Positions 46,501 through 52,894 of a DNA stretch of 60,618 bases are shown here, in pieces. Both the position numbers and the translations under genes were made by a program. Origin of the DNA: an uncultured Candidatus Saccharibacteria bacterium (GTDB lineage: Bacteria; Patescibacteriota; Minisyncoccia; UBA6257; Colwellbacteraceae); contig CAYHTW010000002.1 in the NCBI GenBank assembly GCA_964360065.1, positions 68,251 to 128,868 on the forward strand, in the 5' to 3' direction. The stretch's first letter is position 1, and every line of letters begins with the position of its first letter. Below the pieces are notes generated by a model, which saw only the letters and a list, made by a program, of their open reading frames with translations, was not told the DNA's origin and did no database searches.

Positions 46501-47927
46501 TTGGCAGCGCGACATCTTTGACCATCCGTGGTCCTAAGAACTTAGCTGATTGCGCGGGTGCAACTTGTTACGTAACTAAGTTAGCAACTCGCGAAGCTGT
46601 TACTTCTAAGACCACTGCAGTTACAGTGACCGATGTCACCGCTATCGCGATTGATGTCACTTCAACTCGCGGTTTCGCGGTTGGTGATGTCGTTAGATTA
46701 GACGGCGAATCAGGCGCGACCGACGATGGTGGTTTCTACACGGTTACAGCTGTAACCGATGGCGACACCATGTCTGTTATCGGTCTCGGTGAAGTTACAG
46801 CTAGTCCGACATTCGGTACTACTGCGACTGACCGTGTAACTAGAATGGCGACAACGAGTTCAACTCAAGTGAGAGCGCTTTCTACTATTACCGCGGTCAC
46901 CGCTTCAGCTCTTGAAGTAAATTCAACCGTTGGTTTTGCCGCTGGTGACTTGATAGTGGTGAACTCCACTATAGCTGTTACAACGAGAGTGGCCAGAATT
47001 TACACTGTGGCGGCGGTAACCGATGCTGATACTCTCAGTGTTATTGGTTCTGAAGGTCAGGTGGCCATTCCAGTAAACAGCTGGGTGACTAAGCTTTCTA
47101 CTACTCGCACCACAACCACTAACTTGGTAACTGACGATCTAGTTGCTGACACTGCGGGAACAATTACCGTTGTTTCAACTGCTGGATACAAGGTTGGCGA
47201 TGTAGTGATGCTAAATAGCACTGTTGCGGTGCCGGCTGCCCAAGTTGACACCGTCTACGTGGTTAGCGCGGTGCCTTCCTCGACTACTATTACCTTGATA
47301 GGTGAGGCTGCCCAGACCAACATTCCGGTTGGTAGCTACCTAACTATCTTGGCTTCATCCACAGGCAACGGTAAGCCTTACACGGTTCACGATGTTGAGC
47401 CGGTAATTACCCTAAACTCAGCATCTCCTGGAGCTTCAGGCACAGTCTCTGGTTCTACGAACCAAATTGTGGTTGTGTTTGATGTTTTGGCTTCGGGCGA
47501 TGTAGCCCTCACGCTTAAGGATGTAACCCTTACCCGTGGCGGTAACATTGGCACTAGAGTTGCTGTTACAGCTCAACCAAAGGTGTATGACTACACTTCT
47601 GGTAGCTTAGGAACACTACTCGGTACCGGTGCTAACTGGTCAGGGACAGCGGCTGGCTCTACCTCATTAGTAACCTTCGACACTCCTTACTCCGTCACTG
47701 CCGGTCAATCATTGAAGTTGGCGGTAACCGTAGATACTTCTGCGGCCATAGCTAACGACACCTTCCAGGTGTACATCAATAACACTGGCGGTTTTGCAGG
47801 TTTGTTTGGAGGACTAAGCTGGTACTACGTAGCTACGTCTCCATCCCCTGGCACGGAACCGACGAATGCTGCTCCTTCTACTCTCGCCGATACCTATCCG
47901 GTCTTCGGCAACACCTTGAGATATTAA
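43575..47927 (+). CDS. Large secreted surface (S-layer-like) protein: signal, coiled coil, PG-binding-like domain, beta-rich domains, 4 inserted repeats
   Basis: Start MSKFISKV at 43575; SADIQAQITALLAQINALQAQL; GSKGADVTALQNYL..GYFGSITKAAVAAWQ; T/A/V/S/G-rich; four VxSTxG(F/Y)xxGD repeats. Confidence 0.75.
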   Translation: MSKFISKVASAGLTAITVVSLSGFAMPLAAAQTSADIQAQITALLAQINALQAQLGTGTSTGAAYTFTNNLTVGSKGADVTALQNYLVSTGHFTLSGGATGYFGSITKAAVAAWQAANGVSPAAGYFGSISRAKYVSVTGAVVTVPTTPTTPTTPTTPAVPSSGVAVALSSDTPGAATLPDGSAYNKVTKLNLTAGASGGDAKVTGLRLTRTGFSLNSDFTGVMVFDANGNRHGNVVTISESKALIMFTADPITVPAGQTVAVTVQVNIDAAQTTNGTFAFGVAAPSDVFVADSAAISGTFPINGNIFSVINGANTLGAVDIDAVTISATARTVDLNNLDYQISKFRFYETGGKEDIKITSLRFYNNGNTTDADLANLKLKNDATGEVLATVAATTGKYVTFNLSSGLTVLKGQNKTVAISADVVNGSTRTAQFIIQNDYDVSAVGVSTGGGLLSTHATNLAGDTAAGYPVGDLTTTYNSITVNSGSLTVAKDSSSPSGNVSQGQNNVVLGYWKVEATGEDIELQKADFSITGSSVAADFSGSVSLMIGDTTIYSTSTLAGLLDDDAAGLDQVALSNYYLIKSGTSVLVKMVANVSSSATNNVTLIGNFGDAYYKRVSSNNYASASDDAFVTANTLTVSTAALTVAKNSSYGDQNVVGGGALNKIGSYVFQAGSAEGVNISSVNVDMSAITGMTNMKLRKVNSDGSETQIGSTVTAPSTTDDANSFSVGGTLNVPASGTVVVNVYVDMSSAAVTVNTDIDAADVTASGLSSGTALSGNTPTAQVVGQTITARASGTLLVETDTSTPVEAVVRASESNRELLKVKFTSQYEAVNLTKLVFGSRRGNANLSSVSLTAGAVTVTTTPINGIATFSGLTLQVAKDNNLVVSVKGAFTTSGTMISAEDVRLGLDSLESTGVSSGSTIYELARTTTGTAGDIAADVATAVTVGSTEGFAVGDVVQINTAQGVSSFTGVTTAVGSATSLTIRGPKNLADCAGATCYVTKLATREAVTSKTTAVTVTDVTAIAIDVTSTRGFAVGDVVRLDGESGATDDGGFYTVTAVTDGDTMSVIGLGEVTASPTFGTTATDRVTRMATTSSTQVRALSTITAVTASALEVNSTVGFAAGDLIVVNSTIAVTTRVARIYTVAAVTDADTLSVIGSEGQVAIPVNSWVTKLSTTRTTTTNLVTDDLVADTAGTITVVSTAGYKVGDVVMLNSTVAVPAAQVDTVYVVSAVPSSTTITLIGEAAQTNIPVGSYLTILASSTGNGKPYTVHDVEPVITLNSASPGASGTVSGSTNQIVVVFDVLASGDVALTLKDVTLTRGGNIGTRVAVTAQPKVYDYTSGSLGTLLGTGANWSGTAAGSTSLVTFDTPYSVTAGQSLKLAVTVDTSAAIANDTFQVYINNTGGFAGLFGGLSWYYVATSPSPGTEPTNAAPSTLADTYPVFGNTLRY

Positions 47928-47943
47928 TCCTCGCTAGGATTAA

Positions 47944-47962
47944 CCCTGAGTTTATCGAAGGG
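47944..47962. repeat. REP-like short element
   Basis: CCCTGAGTTTATCGAAGGG between the surface gene stop and its terminator. Confidence 0.4.
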
Positions 47963-47997
47963 CTAATCTCTAAGGTTTAGTTAGAAGGCGTAAGTAA

Positions 47998-48032
47998 AAA
48001 AAACACCCCGGCTTGAGAGCGGGGTGTTTTTT
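47998..48032. terminator. Bidirectional intrinsic terminator
   Basis: AAAAAACACCCC-GGCTTGAGAGC-GGGGTGTTTTTT. Confidence 0.9.
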
Positions 48033-48065
48033 GTTGCTTATTAATGAGGGGATTATGAGTGATAC

Positions 48066-48114
48066 TTATCCACACCCTCGTATACATAGCGCTGGCGATG
48101 CTTTGTGCTATAAT
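48066..48114 (+). promoter_or_regulatory. Perfect DnaA box followed by extended -10 promoter
   Basis: TTATCCACA 48066-74; TGcTATAAT 48106-14; predicts a ~315-nt leader to ATG 48438. Confidence 0.6.
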
Positions 48115-48437
48115 AAAACGTAGTGAAAAGGTCGGTAATTATTGTCTCTGACTTGCCTCGCATAGCTTTAACGGCTAAGCGGGTATTATAGAGATAATAA
48201 GAATTCAATTCGCCCTCCTAAGTTTTTGAATAAAAAATTTAGGAAAGCAAACAACAAAATAATCAAAATTGTAAAAACAAAAACCAGGTAGTGACTTACC
48301 CTCTATATTTATAGAGTTGTGGCTACCATCTGGGAAAGCCGGTCGAGCTTACTTTGTTCTTACAAGTAAAATAAAAAAAGTCGATTCGCCTCCATCTTCT
48401 TTAACAAGATTAAATAAGGTGGTGGTAAAAATAAAAA

Positions 48438-50453
48438 ATGACACAAATAAAAAATAATTTAACAAAACTTAGTATTATATCAGGGCTTCTTGCCTTGATG
48501 GTTTCTGTAGTTGGCGTTCAATCGGCTTCTGCCGCATTGACGCTTAACGCAACAACAGTTTCAAGCGATGGTAACGCGGTGCTTACCACGTCTCTTACCG
48601 CTGGGACTATTGGTGTAGGTTTGGCTACTGGCACCGGAGCAATCACTCTCGGTTCTTCATCAGGCATACAGAACGTCCTTATCGGTAATGGTGCCGGCGC
48701 TGGTGTTCACGCCATCGCCAATGTGCAAGCAGAAGGTTCTCTATCTATTGGCGCAGGTATGATTGGCGGCACAGTTTCTGTTGGAGGCACGGCTCTTAAT
48801 ACTGGCACATTGACCTTCGGCCGTGGTACTGGAGCGCAGACAGTTGCGATTGCTTCTACCACAGGTGTTTCTACTACAAACATTGGAACAGCTGGCGCGG
48901 CTACCTCTGCTGTCACGGTTGGAAGCGCTGCTCAAACTGGCAACACCACTATTCGGGGAACCATTCTTTTGGACCCAGGAGCAGCTGCTAACGTCATCAC
49001 TATTGGTAAATCAGATGGCACCGGCACAATCACAGTCGGTTCCTCGTCCGGCACGCAGATAGTAGCGATCGGGGCAGGTGCCGGAGTTTCAACCGTCAAT
49101 GTTGCAAATGGCAATGGCGGTAATACTATCGCCGTAGGCACTGGTACAGGAATCGATACGATTAACATTGGTACGGGCGGCACTGCCGTAGATGTCATCA
49201 GTATCGGTACTGGCGCGGTTGGAAGCACAACCAGCATTGGTACCAATACCGGCACAACCACTCTTACTCTGGCTGCCGGTTCAGGCAACATTAACTTGAA
49301 TGCTACGACAGCTTCATTTGCCAAGGAAGTTGACCATACTCTGAGCGTTGTGACTTCAACAACAGCTAATACTGTTGGTGGCGCTCTGACTGTTTCTGCC
49401 GCCACTGGAGTTGGATCTGGCAACGGTGGCGCAGTAAACGTAACCGGCGGCGCCGCAGGCGCAACTGGCGCTGGTGGCGGGGTGGTTATTACCGGTGGCG
49501 CATCAACTACTGGCACAAGCGGAGTTGTAACCATACTATCAGGACTATCAGGAACTGCTGGAGCTTCTGGAGCAATGCGATTTGAAAGCGCAGCTGGCGT
49601 TGGAGCAACATTTGGATCTGGAACAGTGGCCATTAAATCGGGCGCTGGCATTACGACAGGCGCTCCTGGCGCTATAACTATACAAGGTGGCGCGGCAGGC
49701 ACTGACGCTATTGGTGGTAATGTGGCGATTACAGGTGGCGCGGCTGGAACAGCTTCCGCTGCCGCGAGAACTGGTGGCACAATTTTAGTGACAACCGGCG
49801 CTGGTTCTGCCGGTGCTGCTTCAACTACTTCAGGCGATGGTGGCGTATTAGCTCTTCTTGCTGGCAATGGAGGTATTGCTAATTTGACTTCTGGTACGGG
49901 TGGTATCGGAGGAGCAATCACCCTAACTGCTGGTAATGGTGGAGCTATAAACGGCGGCACAGCTTCTGGTGCGCCTGGCGCAATTACTATCCGGTCTGGT
50001 GATATGGGAACTACTACTGCAGGCGCAGGTGGTAACATCACTTTGAACATTGGTAAAAATGGAGCCACTGATGCAGTAGGTATTGCAACCGGTAAAGTTG
50101 TTATCTCGGGTAGTGCTGCGGGTGCGGCATCTCACTTGGCTTCAACTCAGACTGTTGCTCCGGTTGTAACTGGTGCTGTTACTACAAATGGTTGTACTAC
50201 TTGTACTGATATGAAGGGATTAATGACCTTCACTCCGACCGCAGCTGCGTCGGTAATTACATTGACCTTTAACAAAGCGTATGCAGCGGCACCTATATGC
50301 GTAGTTACGCCATCTAATGCCGCCGCAGCGTTAGATTTCTCTACAGCTACAATCAAGCCAGCTATAGCAACTTCAACGACCACTTTGACTATAACCCCTG
50401 CGGCCGCTTGGGTTGCCGATGCCAAGACAGTAAGCTACATCTGCGTTGAATAA
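48438..50453 (+). CDS. Secreted Gly/Thr/Ala-rich fibre-like adhesin
   Basis: Signal peptide ending ASA; repeats such as TGxITxG..GxQxVxI and GGxVxITxG; C-terminal Cys-containing domain ITLTFNKAYAAAPICVVTP. Confidence 0.65.
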   Translation: MTQIKNNLTKLSIISGLLALMVSVVGVQSASAALTLNATTVSSDGNAVLTTSLTAGTIGVGLATGTGAITLGSSSGIQNVLIGNGAGAGVHAIANVQAEGSLSIGAGMIGGTVSVGGTALNTGTLTFGRGTGAQTVAIASTTGVSTTNIGTAGAATSAVTVGSAAQTGNTTIRGTILLDPGAAANVITIGKSDGTGTITVGSSSGTQIVAIGAGAGVSTVNVANGNGGNTIAVGTGTGIDTINIGTGGTAVDVISIGTGAVGSTTSIGTNTGTTTLTLAAGSGNINLNATTASFAKEVDHTLSVVTSTTANTVGGALTVSAATGVGSGNGGAVNVTGGAAGATGAGGGVVITGGASTTGTSGVVTILSGLSGTAGASGAMRFESAAGVGATFGSGTVAIKSGAGITTGAPGAITIQGGAAGTDAIGGNVAITGGAAGTASAAARTGGTILVTTGAGSAGAASTTSGDGGVLALLAGNGGIANLTSGTGGIGGAITLTAGNGGAINGGTASGAPGAITIRSGDMGTTTAGAGGNITLNIGKNGATDAVGIATGKVVISGSAAGAASHLASTQTVAPVVTGAVTTNGCTTCTDMKGLMTFTPTAAASVITLTFNKAYAAAPICVVTPSNAAAALDFSTATIKPAIATSTTTLTITPAAAWVADAKTVSYICVE

Positions 50454-50564
50454 ATCTTAACCAACTTTAAATTCCACCCCATTTTGTTCTCGTAAAAAGG
50501 TCGGATTCGTCTCGCCAGTCTACGGACTGGCGGGTAAGGTGGGGACAAAAAAACGAAAACAATA

Positions 50565-51728
50565 ATGACAAAAAATAAAATAAAATTAGGTTCATCAATT
50601 GCGTTGGTTCTAGGTCTCGTACTCGGAGCTCAAGCCGCGATGGCAGCAGACATTAATTTCAGCGTTGCTACAACCGTAACGATTGGCGCGACTAACTACA
50701 CCATTAGCGCGGCATCGGAGGCCACTTCTATGACTGTGGGCGCGAGTAGTCTTACAGTAACAGTTCCAGCATCAAGCACTTTCACGCTGGTTTCTTCCGA
50801 CAAGTTCCTCTTGAATAACGACCAGGTTGTAAGCCAACAGTGTACTGCTTCGCAGAATAGTCTTGCGCTTACTGGTTCTATAACCGTGGTAGTTACTCCT
50901 GATATTACTGCTGTTTGTACTGTTTCAAGTAGTGGCGGTACCAGCAGTGGAGGCGGTGGTGGTGGACCGATCACTGATACAACTCCGCCTACGAGCACTT
51001 CCATTGTAATTAATAGCGCCGCTGTAACTACTTCTACTACAGCTGTTACTTTGACCTTATCTGCGGTAGGCGCGTCAGACGTGATGATCTCCAACGACTC
51101 GGCCTTCACTGGGGGTACTTGGCTTGCGTATTCCACATCCAAGAATTGGACACTAACCACAGGAGACGGAGTAAAAACTGTTTACGCGAAGTTCAGGGAC
51201 GATGCTATGAATGTCTCAACCGCTGTTTCAGACACTATTACTTTGACGACTGGCGTGGCGGCTATTCCTGCAACTCCAGCAACTCCTGCTACACCAGTGG
51301 CTCCAGTGGTTCCGGTTGTCTTGAAAGCTTTGCCGTATCCGGTAGCTAAAACAACCGCGGAGATGCAGGCTAACTTAGCTGTCTTGCTTCAAAACTTGGC
51401 GGCATTACAGGCATCCCAGAAAGCTGCCACCCCTGCAACCCCGGCCACCCCGTCTGTAGGAAGCAGTATCCCTTCAGCAGGTTCATATAAGGTAAGTATT
51501 GTTCCAGGCTCAAAAGGGAGCGATGTTACTGCCCTACAGAACTTCTTGAAATTACAAGGAAAGGATATCTATCCTGAAGGTTTGGTAACTGGTTACTACG
51601 GCTCGCTTACAACCCAAGCTGTACAGAAATTCCAAGAGAAATATGGAATTGCCGCCCCCGGAGTTACCGGCTACGGCAATGTAGGTCCAAAAACTAGAGC
51701 CAAGATAAATTCACTACTTGGCCTATAA
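50565..51728 (+). CDS. Secreted protein: Ig-like domain plus C-terminal coiled-coil/PG-binding-like module
   Basis: Signal peptide AQAAMA; GDGVKTVYAKFRD domain; C-terminal GSKGSDVTALQNFL...GNVGPKTRAKINSLLGL. Confidence 0.75.
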   Translation: MTKNKIKLGSSIALVLGLVLGAQAAMAADINFSVATTVTIGATNYTISAASEATSMTVGASSLTVTVPASSTFTLVSSDKFLLNNDQVVSQQCTASQNSLALTGSITVVVTPDITAVCTVSSSGGTSSGGGGGGPITDTTPPTSTSIVINSAAVTTSTTAVTLTLSAVGASDVMISNDSAFTGGTWLAYSTSKNWTLTTGDGVKTVYAKFRDDAMNVSTAVSDTITLTTGVAAIPATPATPATPVAPVVPVVLKALPYPVAKTTAEMQANLAVLLQNLAALQASQKAATPATPATPSVGSSIPSAGSYKVSIVPGSKGSDVTALQNFLKLQGKDIYPEGLVTGYYGSLTTQAVQKFQEKYGIAAPGVTGYGNVGPKTRAKINSLLGL

Positions 51729-51788
51729 GCCCTCTTGTGGTGAGTCATATCGAATCCATTAGGTTTGTAATTTAAACTTAAATGTGGC

Positions 51789-51856
51789 ACGGTTTCATTA
51801 ATGAAACCGATGGAAAGTAATAATCTGCAAAAATCGCCCCTTCCAAAAGGGCGGTT
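51789..51856 (+). repeat. 68-bp direct repeat, copy 1 (20-bp palindrome plus terminator-like hairpin)
   Basis: ACGGTTTCATTAATGAAACCGATGGAAAGTAATAATCTGCAAAAATCGCCCCTTCCAAAAGGGCGGTT; here followed by a T tract. Confidence 0.95.
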
Positions 51857-51957
51857 TTTGTTTTAGTTCTGTCTTGTGGTGACTTGTCCTGAAGTTTCTC
51901 GAAAGAGCATAGCCGAACCATTTTGCATACTACTTATTAAAAGTTATAATGCGAGCC

Positions 51958-51975
51958 GGTTTCATTAATGAAACC
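51958..51975. repeat. Isolated 18-bp palindrome copy over a predicted transcription start
   Basis: GGTTTCATTAATGAAACC, 7 nt after TTGCAT-16-TATAAT (51923-51950). Confidence 0.9.
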
Positions 51976-52054
51976 AACGAATTGATGTTGAATTGATGCT
52001 CATTTTTTGAGTTTTTTGTTTGTTATTTTTATTGTCGTTTAGGCTCTCTATTGT

Positions 52055-52122
52055 ACGGTTTCATTAATGAAACCGATGGAAAGTAATAATCTGCAAAAAT
52101 CGCCCCTTCCAAAAGGGCGGTT
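52055..52122 (+). repeat. 68-bp direct repeat, copy 2
   Basis: Identical to copy 1. Confidence 0.95.
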
Positions 52123-52206
52123 GATGTTCGTCATTTGAGCTTGTTCAACATTGTCATCTAGAAGACAGTTCTATTAATGAAACCAAGGTGGTATAATTTA
52201 TATATT

Positions 52207-52587
52207 ATGAAAGTATCAAATAAAAAACTAACTGTGGTTTTAAGGAAACAGTCGTTGGAGAGATTATTAGATGAAATAAAGATGGTTAAAACTACTGCTG
52301 ACTTAGATAAGTTTTTTGGCAAGATTCTTACTAAAGACGAGAAAGAAATGATTTTAAGGAGAATAACCGTGGCGGATATGTTGGAGAGAAAGCTCAAATA
52401 TAGAGAAATAGAGGAATCTTTGAGTATCTCCCGTCTGACGATAAGCAAAGTTCGGGATATGCTTGCGAAAAGAGGTTATGGACGCAATCCAGGCAGAAAG
52501 AGAGTTTACTCCGGGGACGCGGATCATAAAAGGCGGAGACAAAAACCGCTTTTAGGTTATTACAAGGGAGCGAGGAGTATTATTTAG
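52207..52587 (+). CDS. TrpR/YerC-like helix-turn-helix protein
   Basis: ILTKDEKEMILRRITVADML...YREIEESLSISRLTISKV matches the TrpR/YerC pattern. Start set at ATG 52207 after TATAAT 52192-97; a 15/18 palindrome copy (52167-84) overlaps its promoter. Confidence 0.8.
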   Translation: MKVSNKKLTVVLRKQSLERLLDEIKMVKTTADLDKFFGKILTKDEKEMILRRITVADMLERKLKYREIEESLSISRLTISKVRDMLAKRGYGRNPGRKRVYSGDADHKRRRQKPLLGYYKGARSII

Positions 52588-52626
52588 ATTTATCTTGAGG
52601 TTTAATTGTCTAGTACTAGCTATTAG

Positions 52627-52694
52627 ACGGTTTCATTAATGAAACCGATGGAAAGTAATAATCTGCAAAAATCGCCCCTTCCAAAAGGGCGGTT
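52627..52694 (+). repeat. 68-bp direct repeat, copy 3
   Basis: Identical to copies 1 and 2. Confidence 0.95.
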
Positions 52695-52770
52695 TATCGC
52701 ATTATTGATGCAGTAGGCGGTTAAGGCCATCGCAAGACATTAAGTGTTAGTTATTCCGAGCTCTGCGAAG

Positions 52771-52790
52771 CCTGCCTACCGCTAGGCGGG
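52771..52790. repeat. Short GC-rich palindrome
   Basis: CCTGCCTA-CCGC-TAGGCGGG. Confidence 0.5.
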
Positions 52791-52894
52791 GCTGTTGATA
52801 ACTTTCATTATCATACTTGCAACAGTATGTTACTATATTTAGTAATAGGGCATTGTCGGATGCCGAGTTAATTTCGTTAATTTAAAAAATAATT

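Noticed and set aside
48932-50068. 378-aa antisense ORF, and the many other minus-strand ORFs in 44-59.5 kb
   Set aside because: Shadow ORFs caused by G/A/T/V-rich codons on the plus strand; Pro/Ala-rich with no motifs.
39929-50453. Prophage (holin-family gene plus tail-fibre-like protein)
   Set aside because: No integrase, terminase, capsid or portal; the holin-family protein sits among housekeeping genes and the fibre has a Sec signal.
52610-52619. CTAGTACTAG as a canonical trp operator
   Set aside because: Only 10 bp, downstream of the gene and single copy; the 18-bp palindrome is the better operator candidate.
51789-52694. CRISPR array (repeats contain GTTTC...GAAAC)
   Set aside because: Only three 68-bp units with 198- and 504-bp spacers, one holding a gene; no cas genes in the window.
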